Made by a program: the position numbers and the translations under genes. A DNA stretch of 64,000 nucleotides, taken from assembly GCA_022813865.1 (NCBI GenBank), contig JALDZX010000015.1, forward strand, positions 310,001 through 374,000, in the 5' to 3' direction. The notes under the pieces are model-generated. The model was not told the DNA's origin and made no database searches. It saw only the letters and a program-made list of their open reading frames with translations. Below, piece by piece: positions 47,749 through 61,770 of the stretch. This DNA is from Xylographa opegraphella (Eukaryota). The number at the start of each line of letters is the position of its first letter. Within the stretch, counting starts at the first letter, position 1.

Positions 47749-50700
47749 GGCGGACAGCTATGTCGTTCAGTTCGTTGGTAGCGTGTAGGGACGACGATGG
47801 CAATGCGATGTAAGGTTTTGCATCAGAACACTCGCCGTTCGGGCGTGTTCGAACGGATGATGATACTGTCGTTACCGGTCCACAGCCTCGAGCTGTCGTT
47901 GAGAACTCTTGAACTGCAATTGCAGGCGCTGGACTGCGGTTTACAGGAAGCGGGCGCTCAATTTCCAGATTCGGGGGAGTACCAGCTCTGGGAAAGATCC
48001 TTGTTTCTATTGATCATCAGTGACATGCATGATGGGGGGGTGCAAGAAATGCAGATTGGCAATCGGACAACACAGGGAATGCTGCACTCGACGATGTCGG
48101 ACCGGGTGGCTGCATACCTGGGACACTGTCGAGGGTTGGCTTTGTTGTTGTCGTGCTCATTCCAGCCTCCCGCTTGCTCCAGCTTTGCTCCCGCTCACTT
48201 GCTGTCAGCGATCACAACTGATGGCAGCACTCTGGCACGGCACCACGGCTGTTTATGACGTGAAGGTCCGATTGTGAAGTGTGGGGGATCCGAGACGCGG
48301 AGGTGTTGTCTCGGGCCAATGTGGATGGACGGAGTGTTGTGCAGGAGCGACTACTCGACCACAGCGTCCTGCGGTTTGGGGCGACCGGGAAGCTGTGTTG
48401 AGGGCCAGTCGTGAATTGATTGCTGTGGCAAGGACGGAGAGAGGGATGGCGCGTGACGAAGGAGCTCGAGGAGAGGGCAGTCAGTCGGGTCACTGGCGAA
48501 CGCAAGGGTCGTCGCTGCCAATGGGAGCGCTCGAGAATGTCAGGAATGACAACACGAGCCAATGCAGACCACAGTCGACGATGGAGGTTTGCAGACTTGT
48601 TCCTGCACCGACAGCTGCAAGCGTGGATTGGGAGATGCGCGATGAATCACACAGCAGGAACGAAAAAGTCTGTTGGGTGAAGCGGTTTCTGCCCTGTGCA
48701 GACAGAGTCCAGCGACCGTTCTGGGGCTCTCGGGTCAAGGTCGAGTTAGAACAATCAGCGTGCTGAAGATCGGACTGGGTTCAGGGCCTTGCCGCCAATG
48801 CAAGGGGGTGAACATTCTCTTGAACAGGGGGGCTCTCTCACTGTCTCTCAGGGGGTTTTTAGCTAGGATGCTAAAGTGTGAATGGACGTTGATCCTCAAC
48901 TTCCCCCCCCATGAACGGTGCCTTAGTTCCCGGTGTCCGTCACCTGTGGAACGGCTTCCCCACGGCCCCGAGCAAGGGAGTCGAGGGGGCCAAATGCCTA
49001 CTTAGGTAAGGTACGCTTGAGGTGGGAAAAAAATAGAGACGACTTTTCAATTGATGTGGCCCCCCGTTGGCGGGCTGATCGATCCTCGAGAAGGACGAGA
49101 TCCCTACTATTTCAAACCATATTCGCGATCGCTATCCCACAGTATGTTTGCCTTAGTCAGGAAGTAGTCAGTAAGGTAAGCTACCTACGTGATAAGGTAC
49201 CGGTAGGGAGATGGTGTCACGGCAACGACCGGAGGGGAGTTTGCCATCAAGCTTCGTGGCAACGTCTGTCATCGGGCCTACGACAAGCAGACACGTCCGT
49301 CCAGACTTTCCAGTGCAGTGTCGCTCCGAAAGGGGGGAGGACGGTCACTTTATCACCGTGCTCATAGGACGCCCATCTTGCTCTCCCATTATCGCCGTGC
49401 ATCATCGTGCCCCACCCTTGCCCGGCTCCTCAGGTACCGACGAATGACAATGTTACATTTCGTCGGACTTCGGTGCCCTTGCCTGACATCGCAGGCCCGC
49501 GCTGGTCACCCTGGCACGGGCCTCCATGCATGGGACGGATCCGTGGTGGGCAGGTCAAGCTCCGAGCTACGGCGCCTTCGACGTCCTGCACACGCATCGC
49601 TGCTGCAGCCCGACTGTCAGCGCTCGAAGCGAAACGAAACACATGGCCAATCATGCATTTGCTCATTGCATCGCTGCCCTTCGCCATCCCACGCAGGAGC
49701 GACCGAGCGACCGCAATCATCCATCGTGTTCCCTCCTCACCGCTGGCCGTCCATGCATCTGATTGATACCTTACCCAACGTATGTGGCTTGGCTCCCCAG
49801 GGAGCTGGCTCGGAGAGCTGGCTTAGGGGGGCGCCCCCAGCTTGGTTGCATCCGGCATTCATCCGGCACCTTTTCCAGTGGACGGCAACAATAAGCTGAC
49901 GGCCCACCAATCATCCACGAGCCAAGGGGGAAGCGATCGAGTCGCTCCGTCTTTGCCCTGCCTCTTTCCATCCTAGCGGTATCGCGTGCAAGCCTGAGAA
50001 AAGCTAAGCTAGGCTCCGACCGGATGGGCTCGAACGCCTGCGATTAACTTCGGCCTTAGCCCCAACGTCCGACTGTTGCTTGCTTGCTTCCCTGTCTGCC
50101 TGCTAACCCTCATCCAGATCCCCTGCCCAAGCCTCCTTACATAGTACAATAGATAGACCCGTCTCGTTCGATTTCGCCCGCTGCCCAAGCACACCCCACC
50201 CATGACGGATAAGAAGCCCACACCTCCCAAGCAAGCTCCCATCACGGTGCTGGCTTTAGAGCTACCTGTCCACATTGCGACAGCAATCAACGGCCCCTCA
50301 TTCGAGAGGAAATTGGGTGAGCACGCGTGGTAAAGAGAGCAAGCAGGGTCCGTGATGGGGTTGTACCTGTAGCTCTACAAAGGCCGCGGCCTTCTTTGCG
50401 ACCGTCCAGCGGTCGACGGGGCTGAGAGAGAGCCATCTCCCATCCTTCAGCCGTTTCAGCCTATCATGCCTTCGTCTCCCCGATCATCTCATCTCATCTC
50501 ACCATTCTGGACCGTAGACTACCGTACCCTACCCTCAGTCGTGAGATGGACACTGGATTACCCGTTCGCGGAGTCGGGAAGCCTTCCGCTCATGCAGCCG
50601 GGGCACCGTGTGTGATGAGGCTTCGGCCACCAACGGAAGCCAAAACCCGTCATCCTGTGCACCTTCACCACCACTGGTGCGCGGTATCTATAGACTCGTT

Positions 50701-50928
50701 GTGATTATTGAATAGAGAATGCGACGACGATATGGACCGTGACACATCTTGTTGCGCATTTGTCATTGGAGCACGATTTCTTCGCTTTTTGCAACTATCG
50801 AGAGTGGGCGAGTTGATTTCGGAAGGGCGACAGATTGAAAGGGTGACGATGGTCGAACTCAATTTCGTGATCCAGGCCCTGTCACCCGTCGGTCGTTCGA
50901 GTCCAGTAAGGATCAATAGATGTCTCAG

Positions 50929-52470
50929 CTAATTGTCCGGATTTGTGCTCACGGTGTTGGAAGCGTCCGAGGAGTCCAATGCGGGAGCATTTTTGGCAAA
51001 CATCTCGTTGAGCCATCGAGCCAGCTTGCGGATATGCTGGCCATCCGTAAACCTGGCCTTGCGTAGTACTGGATAGAAGTCCGTGATGTCGTGGATCTTC
51101 AATCCGATCAAGAAAGTTTGGAAGTCTTCGGCTTCTTGGTCGGCTGTACACCTGTGCTGAGAGGTGGAAATGCGGGCGGCGATTATCACCCCGGATTTGA
51201 CTTCAACGATGATCCGTGCCTAGTCTTTGAATTAGCTGCTATTTTTCCTGAATTATGCCACCCTTACAGTCTCCGGGATATAATCTGGCAACGGTGCCTG
51301 GCATCCTTCCTCTGAACTGCTTGAAGGATGAGTGGATACGGAGAATCTTGGTGTTTGACCATAAATCCATTCCGCTGACTGCAGGCAACTTAGCAAATGC
51401 TACCTTCCATGGGTCTTTGGGCCATGTCTTGCCTGTAATTCCTTCATGCCTGCATGTATCTCCCGTATGTTTTCGAGAGAGTCGTCGAGAGAACCGCAGA
51501 CCCAATTCGCTCCTTGTTGTAGTTCACCTTGTTCGCCAGCTCTATCAAAGCCAGCTAGAAGCTCTGGACCCAGTCCATGCAGTGTGGCAAAAGACTCTAC
51601 CACACAACCTTGGAAGTGCAAGGATGAATCACTCTTGAAGCCTGTATACACATTGCCTACAGGAGATCTCACACTTTCAACTCCTTTAGCTTTCAGAAAC
51701 TGCCGTGCTGGAGAGTTTAGATACTGTGATAGTTCCTTTATATTAGGCGAGTTGAGTAAACAGGTTCCGTGATGTAAAGATCGGGTTCTGGTCAGCTTGT
51801 AAGCTGAGCCTGAAACCTTGAGTGCCTGCTGACCATTGGTCTGGAACTCTGTTTGGTGCATATCGGCAAGCTCAGGCTGTGAACCATTCGTGGCACGTCG
51901 ACCTTGATCCAGGACGATGTCATGGCGCTCGTTGACACGGGCTCGACGATTATCCTTTCGTATGGCCTTCACTACCATCTCCACATGCTTGTCACGCGTG
52001 AAACTTTGCGTTGGACATATAACGCAATAGTTAACATTACCATGGTCGTGAAACACGGCACCACCCCCGGATCGCCTCCTGACTATGTCAATGGTAGCAT
52101 TGACATTTTGTATGGATCCAGCGGTCGCCCATGACTTCACCAACGGCCCGCTTCTAAGAAGCTGCAGGTCCGCCTCAAGCCATGGGTTCTGATTTCTTCC
52201 GATCACGACGCTCGGGCGATCGACATAGAAGAACAATATCGTGGAATCTGCAGGTGACTTTTGCAAGAGAAAATGTTCGATTGACAAATTGAGAAAAGGA
52301 TTGGTGCTTTTGGACGTATATATTTGATACTTGAGGCCTGCATCTTGGACTCGAGAGATAAAGGAACTTGTCAAACTGGAGACGGCTCTGATGTTTCGAT
52401 ATGTAGAGAAGCGAAACTGATATCGCTCTGTACAAGCGGGCAATAGTCGAAAAGAACACCTCGAAGGCAT
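50929..52470 (-). CDS. AIM22: Mitochondrial lipoyltransferase / lipoate-protein ligase A-like (Lip3/Aim22), 3 exons
   Basis: NPFLNLSIEHFL, VVIGRNQNPWLE, RRRSGGGAVFHD, KVSGSAYKL, HHGTCLL, GVESVRSPV; a downstream exon gives EWIYGQTP and the last exon is ORF 50929-51189. Confidence 0.9.
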
Positions 52471-52767
52471 GGAAAGCGTCAAGAGAAATAAAGTCGAAAT
52501 TGACTACCTTTTTCAATACCATACTCGAAGCAGGGGAAGTTTTAGCCGAAAACCTCTTTTCGCGTAGCCGCGAAAAATTGCCCTGAATGGATGACGCATC
52601 GCTGAGTGAAAAGTATCACAGACTGCAAGGGCATCTCACCATACTCAGCTGAGTCTTTACATATTTTTATTTCAAGGAGTGGCATTAATTCACACCGGCC
52701 TTCTCAACTAAGTTTCCCTTTACCATCTGCTAGACAAAGTGCAAAGGGTGCAACCAATTGCTCAATC

Positions 52768-54113
52768 ATGTCGACATTTGGAGAATATTTCCGAGTCACA
52801 ACGTAAATTGCCAATTGTCCGTTCGATCCTTACCACAAGCTAACAACCCTTTCAGTTACGGCGAGTCACACTGCCGCTCTGTAGGATGCATTGTCGACGG
52901 CTGCCCTCCAGGCATGGAGCTCACGGAGGACGACATTCAACCACAAATGACCCGCCGACGACCTGGGCAAAGCGCCCTCACTACCCCCCGCGACGAGAAA
53001 GACCGCGTGCAGATCCAATCCGGTACTGAATTCGGCATCACTCTCGGAAGCCCGATCGCGCTCGTCGTCCTCAATGAGGATCAACGACCCAAAGACTATG
53101 GCAGCAGCACGATGGACATGTTCCCCCGGCCCAGCCACGCAGACTACACCTACCAGGAGAAGTACGGCATAAGAGCCAGCAGCGGAGGGGGCAGAAGTAG
53201 TGCGCGGGAGACAATCGGAAGGGTAGCGGCCGGAGCCATCGCCGAGAAATACCTCTCCCTTGCGCACGGTGTGGAAATCGTCTCGTTCGTCTCCTCCGTC
53301 GGCGGCGAACACCTTTTCCCTGCCACGCCCACACATCCCACCGCCTCTACGAATCCCGTGTATCTGGACCTCCTCAGCAAAATCACCCGTGCAGAAGTCG
53401 ACTCCTTCCTCCCGGTCCGGTGCCCAAATGCCGAGGCCTCCGCCCGCATGGCAGAGCTGATCGCCTATCACCGCGACAGAAAGGACAGCATCGGCGGCAC
53501 CGTCACCTGCGTCATCCGCAACACGCCCGTCGGCCTCGGCGAGCCATGCTTCGACAAACTGGAAGCCATGCTCGCCCACGCCATGCTCAGCATACCCGCG
53601 ACCAAGGGCTTCGAAATCGGCAGCGGCTTCGGCGGCTGCGAAGTCCCCGGCTCGAGCCACAACGACGCCTTCATCCAAGCCCCCGCCGTCCCTCCCTCCC
53701 GCTCCGGCGCCTCCTCCAACCCGGCGACCCGGCCCCGCCTGACCACGAAGACCAACAACTCCGGCGGCGTGCAGGGCGGCATCTCCAACGGCGCGCCCAT
53801 CTACTTCCGCGTCGCCTTCAAGCCGCCCGCGACCATCGGCCAAGCGCAAAAGACAGCGACCTACGACAGCGAGGAGGGCGTGCTGGAAGCCAAGGGCCGA
53901 CACGACCCCTGCGTCGTGCCGCGGGCCGTCCCCATCGTGGAAGCGATGGCGGCGCTGGTGCTCATGGATGCGGTGCTGGCGCAGGAAGCGCGGCAGTCGG
54001 CGCGCAGCAAGCTGCCACCGCTACCGAAGAGGGTGTTACCCGCGGCTTTGACGACAGTGGAGGATAGGGCGGCGAAGGAGGCGCGGCAGCAGGAGATGGC
54101 GAACGGGCATTGA
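52768..54113 (+). CDS. ARO2: Chorismate synthase; intron ~52803-52855
   Basis: [51 protein letters not shown]. Confidence 0.98.
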
Positions 54114-54676
54114 CTTTACGAGCACGTGTGCGATGTAGGCCGCTTATAGATGAGATGAATTAGGTCCCTTCCACCCGCCGTTCTCTGCGCGCGCGGATGG
54201 CTTAGATGTAATGTTGACACTGGGAAGGTGAATACAATATACGTTTCAAGCCCAAAGCTTGCTTTCCTCTCATCCAGGACAAAACCTGCATGAAACCCGC
54301 CTCGCCCCCCTCTCTTGCGGGGACTTAGCCTTGGCCGCCAATTTCACGCATCACCAACGCCCACATTTTCGTGATACGCTGTACTTCGGGATGGGCGAAA
54401 GATATAGAATCTACCCCACCACCGAAATTTGAGCATCGCCGGCCGTTTTAAGCCGGCCGCACGAATATATTCTTCTCTCGCGGTTCAGGAGCCGACATTG
54501 GAGCTGGAGTATTCGATCATTCCGTCTCCACTTTTATGGTTGGGGCACATCGCAAGACATCTATAGTCTGCTGGCACATGTATACATTGCGCAATGGCAA
54601 CAAGCGGCATGTAGAAATAGACATCATACACTACCCTGACATCCACAAAACCGTCTCAACAAGTAGCACCAACCTA

Positions 54677-57600
54677 TCAAGGAGTCACCGACTTCACCCA
54701 AGCTTCCCGGAAGCCAGCGGCCCCTCGACCAACCCGCTGCTTCTTGCCGACCGGAAGAGTGCTGCAATACGCTGAGCCGTCGAGATTGACCAGTGGAACC
54801 ATACTGGGTCGACCGTGTGCGCACTGGAAAGGAAAGAAGCATGCCGCTAAATTCTGGATCAGCGTTTCGCACTCACCGAGCGCGAGCTCGTCGTTGAACA
54901 TGATTGCGCTTCTGCAAGACCGCGAGTTGAGCATGTCGAGGATTCCCTGCGGACAATCATGGATGAGTTGAGGCCATGACTGCTCAGCGTCCGCTTCCCT
55001 CGATGTGGGTAAGCATTGTAAATCAGGCTTGTTTGTGTAATTAGCTTGTGAAGGTCCTGGAATGCCAGCTTCTTCGCGCTTCCATACCTCACCGCGGAGG
55101 AGCTCAATGAGGTGCTTGACGTCTACACGGCACCGTTCTGCGATCGCAGCAGGCAGAGTCAGCACAATTATGTTCGATTCATGATTGGGCTCTACTCTGT
55201 CACTGCGTAGTGAGGAGCGGTTTAGGTTGTAGAGTATTCCCCATTTGGCAAAATGACTCGCATGTTTTTCAAAGAGGATGACCTCCCCCACTTTGATCGA
55301 GAAGCTTATAGGGTTGGAAAGCTTTGTAGTCTCAATACCAGAATGAAATCCAAGCGTAGAGACCAGCTTAGTAGCGACAGGAGTTGCTTTGACACACAGG
55401 TTTGCGAGTAAGGCTTCGATACGGATCCTCTCATCTGCTGCGTGCTGATCAACAAGGACAAGCATGTGATTGCCGTCGAGAAGTCGATCGTCTCTTACAT
55501 GGGTTGATGATCTCAAGGCGACTTTGATCAGAATGAACTTCTTGTCGACCTGGGAGACGATTCTAGCATCCCTCAGATCATGCTTGGCCAGTCGCGCTGC
55601 AAATAACATGGACGAATTTGTAAAGGCTTGCTCAGTTGAGCCGTGAGAAAGACGGTCATTTCCACGAGCAGGATCCTGGCCTCCGTAGATCTCCGTGAGC
55701 TTCTCAGAAATCCGAGGAATGGTTTCTTCAGATCGACGGAAGATAGGGTTATCCCAACTTTTAAGGAATGTGTCTGCCCAAGACCCAGCAACGGGCTTGA
55801 TGGTATTCGGAGTAAAACTCGGTCGCAGCTTCTGGTTACTCTTGGATTGACAGCTGGATACACGCGTATCTCGAGTGGCAGAATAACTACGGAATCGCAG
55901 TTCATGCTGATTTTCTACTACCGAACCAGTTCTCGAATTTATTTTGACATCAACCTTCGAGACTGGATTTGTCCAGGTCAGTATCAAATCGCCACTTTCA
56001 GTGTGCTCGGAGTCATGTAAAGAGCTGCTGGGCTCGGTCAACATTGTAGCCGTGGCCCCTACGGTAGAAGCTGCAGTGGCTGGCCCTGTTCCTGTTTTAT
56101 GATCGTGAACCAGCGCGTCCGGACTGAGCGTTAGGATACCCTGTTTTGCCATTGAGCAACAGCCCTTGATATCTTGGTCTTCAATACTTTTTGGCACAAT
56201 ATTGCAGTTTTGTGGTGACACTGATCTTAGCATGTTTGCTTGTGAGTCTTGTCTAGCACTCGGGAAATCTTCCTTCAACGAGCCTTTAATCCGGCTCCAA
56301 CCACTGAAGTCGGCCCTGATTCCATCGCTTCCAGATCGCCCAATCTTTGGCATCTTCACATTACTAACAAGATCTCCAGGGCTTGTAGTACCAGACTTCA
56401 ATGTTGGAGCTTTCGATAGGGGGCGATTGACAAATCTAGCATCGGAGTTATCATTCAGTTGCTGAAATGGCATGTTCGGTACTGAAGAACGTTTTTCAAT
56501 AGATCCAGAGTGGTCGTTTGGAGCCACTCTCGGCTTTTTATTGCGCGGTATTCTAGGTCGTAGGTGGTTTTCAGACAAATATTCAATAATCATAACCTCG
56601 AGAACTTTGATTGTTGAAGACAGACTATTCCTCTGCTCCATTAAATCGAGCTCTGGCCGCCATGGTAGGGGTCCGCCGACGTTCAAATCAATGCGAATGA
56701 AGAACCTTGGCCATCTATCCACTCCTTTGCCACCACCTTTCAGCTGCTTCTGAGTCAATCCATCTTGCCTCAAAGACCGTTTTGTCCCATTTTCGTCAAT
56801 TACCTCGTCGCGTATATGAACAAGCCTCTCTTGTATACCGAACGCAGACGAGGCAAATAAAGCGTTGACACGATCATAAAGGATGCTACTTTCAATATCC
56901 TGTCGCAAATGGCGTAGACCTAAGCAGATGAACTGCGTATCTTTTGATGGTGCAGGCTCAAGCGATATGATGCCTCGTAGAGTCAAAAAGGGCGTCCGTG
57001 CGGAAGTCTTCACCCAAGTTTTCAAATCACCAAGATCTAGTTTAGTGCCAGTGTGGAGGGTACTGCGTATAAAGTCGAGATTAAAGGATCCAGCTGGGAT
57101 GATGGGTTTTGAAAGGCTCTCGAGCGGTACTGGAGTTGGTAGTGGTAGCTTGAAACGCAAAACGTGGCCTTTATCAGACCCTTGAATGTTGAGGCATACT
57201 GGACTGTCCCAAGCCAAGAGTAGCCCTGTGATATTCTTGCGAAGCCACTCCCATTCTTTCTCTCTGAGTCTTCGAGCACTATCTGTGGCGGGTCGCCGTT
57301 TGACACGGACTGGCATATTGCCAAAAAGGTCCTGCACTTGTACTCTTGTGCCATGACTACGAACGTTGAGCTGATAGTGGACAGGGGTGGGAATCAGTCT
57401 TGCTGCAGCTCTTGAGTGGTGGTATACGATAGTGCTGGTAGAGTTGTAGGAGCGATGTCGAGAAGTGATAGTGAGAATTGCCATCGCTGCTAAAGACGAA
57501 AGGAACGTGCCATTACGTCCAAGTCGTTTGGATGAATCTCCGGTGTAGGAAGTATCTATCTCTTGTCAGTACGCAACGGTCAGCGTCGAGGAGAAGGTAG

Positions 57601-57854
57601 CAAATACGATATGGCTTGCCCAGGCCTCCATTTTCAGCGAAGTCCGTAGGCACAATTCCGGTTCCATTGTCTTCAACAGAACAAGTAGCGCGGCCGAAGT
57701 CGACATTGACAGCGATCTCTGTAGCTTCTGCATCAAGTGCATTTTCGACAAGACCCAAAACAACGTAAGACAAAGATATGATCGAAGTTGCTGACTTTAT
57801 CTGAGCTGCTACATCTGCTGGTAATGGACGTATTATTCTGGTGTCTTGAGCCAT
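54677..57854 (-). CDS. MLH3: MutL-gamma subunit Mlh3; intron ~57557-57607
   Basis: GHKL motifs LVENALDA and VEDNGTG; DLFGNMPVR; QVDKKFIL; endonuclease motif DQHAADERIRIE; SCRSAIMFND; FPFQCAHGRPS. Confidence 0.93.
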
Positions 57855-58625
57855 AGTGGACTGGTACCACGACGAGTTACTAGCAAGGCGAGGCAAATCA
57901 AAGCACAGACTAAGCCCAATATCTTTCATGCAACAATTGAGGCACACTCATACAGCTCAGTTCATCTCAACTCAGATTCTCGTTCATGGCGGTCGCCACT
58001 TCCCGTTGCAGTAACTACGATGTTTGGACAGTAAGAACTGCATTTTTTTGGGTGGGCGGAGAGAGCAGGAATCCCGTCGTTGAGGAGTTTCTGAGAGCCC
58101 TCACCGTATGATCGAGTCTCCTCAATCACAAGTAGGCACAAAGGTCGAAGCTGGACGCTCAATAAAGCGCGTATATGATGTTCATCAACCTGAGCTCTAG
58201 GATCCAAAAACAGACTTGAAACCGGCAACCTTCATGGCTCCCGCACCCGAGATCCGATAGGGCTGGCCAGCACTTAGATCTGCCCAACCCGAAACGAAAG
58301 AGAGCTTTCGATCATCCGTCATTTGGCGGTCCGTCCCCTTAAACACAGGAAGCTTTTCTGTAGTTCAAATAGTCACGAACCGACCTAGTATACCTATCTC
58401 GCTCATATCTAACCAGTACCCTACAGTATCGTACCTGTCCTACAAGTTCACCGTCTACAATTGAAGAAATTCCAGCTTGTCACAAGCCTCGTCGTGGGTT
58501 TCTGGCGCGGCTACAAATTCTATAAAGCGCCTGATCCTGAATCCCAAACCTCTACTGCTCCTCACTCTCCACTACGAAGTCATTCACATTCACACGAACA
58601 TTTATTACACGATCCCCTGAAAGCG

Positions 58626-60049
58626 ATGGCTACAGCTGAAGCGATGCCGAGACCTCAAGGTAGGCCAGTCCCTGTGCTTAAACTTCTGAGATGGATCGAT
58701 GGACCAGGCACTTGAGTCCGCAGCAATTACATAGCTGATCACTATCTCCAGATCGTCATTCACGACGGAAACCATTCACCAATTGGATGAAGCGCCTCGC
58801 AAATCTGAAGAGCTCCTCTTCAGATACACATACCAATACAGCCAACAAGCCTACCATGAATTCTGCCGCCTCGAAGTTGAAGACCAAGAAAGCCTCAGCG
58901 GTTAAGAACAATCCATATTTCGCATCGTATAAGGCTCCTACAGAGCCTTCACTCGCAAATTCCGGTAATGGCCATCTCTCATTCTATACGCCACCTTCAG
59001 GCAGGAGTGTGAACTACGGATCACCCACAGAAAGCAGACGATCATTGGAAGTCTCTTCGACGGATCAACCACACCTAGGTGCTGGAAACAAATCCGCAGC
59101 ACCCACCGTCTCAACGAATCCGGAGACGACCCACTCTGACGCAGCGTACTCGAAAGCAGGTACAGCCACCACTGGCGGAGGGGCCCTAAGCACGCACGGC
59201 ATTGGTGGAGGAGAAGGAAGCACATTTTCGTCACCAGCACCATCCGTTCGTTCCTTGACAACCACTCTCACAACAATTCAATCGACAGCACCGTCGAATT
59301 TCATGACTGGAACACAGCACCACCATCCGCAACACCCCAGTACGACAGTCACAAGTGGGCCTTCACAGCCCATCCACTTCTCTCACCAATTCCCGTCCTC
59401 CCCTCCAGCGTCTGCGATTCCTTCCCACGTGGTACACCCTTCCAGTGGCGGGCATCCAGCAACATACAGCACGGCTACGGCGAACAACTTGCTGACCGAC
59501 AACGCATCGATACTGACTCTGGCATCCTCCTCGAAACGGCGCCGCCGCAATTCTCTTGATACCAATGCTTCGGTACGGGCGCTAGCGCCTTCGTCGTTGT
59601 TCGGAGGAAGCCGCGAATCCTTACCGCTAAGCGTGCTGAGCAGCACTATCGCAGAGCCGACCTCCAGTCTGGGCCCGCTCCATGGACGTGCCAGCGTCGG
59701 TGGTATCGGGAATGTAGAGCGTGCAAGCGTGTACTCCTCTTCTGGCATTGGCCCTGCGCTGAGTAGCGAGCGGAACAGCTACTACGCCAACAAGCAGATC
59801 AACGCCGACGACGGCGCTAGCGTGCGGAGCCGGCTGATCGGCCACGGTCGCAACGACAGCACTACGGGGAGTATCGGGGGCCTGGCTGCGGCCGGCAGCC
59901 CATTAGCTAGTCCGAGGGAAGCGCCAGGGACCGGGAAGGTCAGCCGTCGTAATTCCGGGTGGGGAGAAGTGGACGAGGAGGAAAGCGAGGAGGAGGAAGA
60001 GGACAAGACGAGCCTGAGAAACGGTAGTGCGAAGACGAGCGTTAAGTAA
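58626..60049 (+). CDS. Ser/Thr-rich, largely disordered fungal protein; intron ~58660-58750
   Basis: Long ORF with motif-like blocks SPAPSVRSLTTTLTT and TDNASILTLASSSKRRRRNSLDTNASVRALAPSS; no function recognised. Confidence 0.75.
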
Positions 60050-60754
60050 TGTGGGCTGCTGCCGGGCTGTCCCTTTAACGAGGAAGAGTGATAGATTTAA
60101 TGGAGGATTTCACTACCTGGTAGGAAGTGTTAATTGGCTATGCAATGAGTAAGTCTTTTGGATGCTGTGCTATACCCCCGCCACGACCGGCCTGTACGAT
60201 AGTGTTTCGGATGGAGTTTTCCCCCCCACGGTTCTGGGTATTGGTCTGAAGAAAGTTGGTTTTCGCACACTCGTTGTCATTGCAGTTCGAGAGGCGGGAA
60301 GTTCCCAAAATTGCAAAATCTGTCTGTGCTATTTACACTTCAGTTCGTTCCATATAATGCGAGTTGCAAGCTCCATCAGCCTGCCCAGCCATATAGTAGT
60401 AAAAAAATTCAGTTCCCAAACGGGCCTTTCTTTCCGCTCCACTGCGTTCTTGGCGGTAACCACAGTTTCGGATATTCGTTCATCTATTTACTCATATTAC
60501 ATAATATCCGTACAGAGCGTATGTGATCATTACTTTCACAACGGCGGACGCAGCGCCCGCCTATTCACAGAACTCCCCTCTCCCTAAGCTCCTATCCTGA
60601 AAGAAACCCCACCGTAAACGCATCTGAGTCCTTCTAAATCCCATGTGGGTATCATACCGCGACGGCAATCCCCAGTACCGCCCCCGGTCCATATAATCGT
60701 GAATCTACGGCTCCGCTGCGGCCATCACACCCGCGCACGCAATCTCCAGCATCC

Positions 60755-60901
60755 TTATCTGCCCCTGACGCACATCAACCATAGCGACAGGATGGCAATC
60801 AGAACGGCCGGCAGCCCCAGTCCGATGCCAATGCCGAGCGCTATTATTTGGTCCTCGGTGTATCCACTGCTGGGCGGTGCCGGAGCGGCGGTCTGGGAAG
60901 C

Positions 60902-60933
<32 letters not shown>

Positions 60934-61609
60934 TTGCCGACTGTCCTGCAGCGGTGGTGCACGAAGCCAGGGGTGGAGACTGGGGTGTCGCCATCGCCGT
61001 CGACGCTGGGCTCATACTCGAGACTGACGACCAAGAGCGCACGGCCGTGACGGTTGGGATGGGCGGACTAGACGAGGCCAAGGATATTAACGTGGTGGGC
61101 ATGACTATCGCGGAGCTCGCAGCGCCCGTTGATGGGAGGTAGATGAAGAAGCCTTCCGTGCTGAACCAGTTCCCGGTCGTATCACCGCTGCTGGGATCGA
61201 CGTCTTCGATCTTAAGCCAATACCGGGTGTTGTTGCCCTGGTCTCCGTCCGAGGAGAGACCGACAAGGTTTTGGCCCAGCTCAAACGAGTACGAGTTTGT
61301 GTTTGTTTGGTTTCCTTTTGGACAGAGAATTAGCGGAGGCGAGGAGGGAGTTCGGAACGCAAGAAGATGGGGCCGCGTACTGAACAAAGCGAGATAGGGG
61401 TACGAGCCGTTCCGAGCCGGTCCGTAGACGTTGAAGTTTATATAGCTGTAAGCACACTGCCACACTGCGTTGATCGTTTCGCCGATCGCGGCAGTATACG
61501 GATCCGACGCGTCTGAGTTAGGGGGTGAAATGAAATACTGTGCTGAGCCGGCTTGGGAATGGAGCGTCAGAAACGCAAGGGTGAGCAGACTATGCATCCT
61601 TGGACACAC
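60755..61609 (-). CDS. Single-pass Ser/Thr/Ala-rich cell-surface protein (probably one in-frame intron ~61315-61380)
   Basis: Signal peptide, beta-rich ectodomain, poly-Ala from (GCC)n, TM IIALGIGIGLGLPAVLIAILSLWL, very short tail. Confidence 0.75.
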
Positions 61610-61680
61610 TATAGAAATGCTGGCGACTCAAGAACGCAGACCTGGGAACGGGAGAAACGGGCGCACGGAGTGGACAGATT

Positions 61681-61770
61681 GTGAGAGAGCAGAAAGTCGG
61701 GCAGAATGTGAGAGAGCAGAAAGTGGGACGGACGGGAAAGAGCACAAAATGGACAGAATGTGAGAGCAAG
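61681..61770. repeat. Degenerate ~27-bp purine-rich repeats in the 5' flank of the 60755-61609 gene
   Basis: TGTGAGAGAGCAGAAAGT occurs twice, plus a partial CAGAATGTGAGAGCA. Confidence 0.7.
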
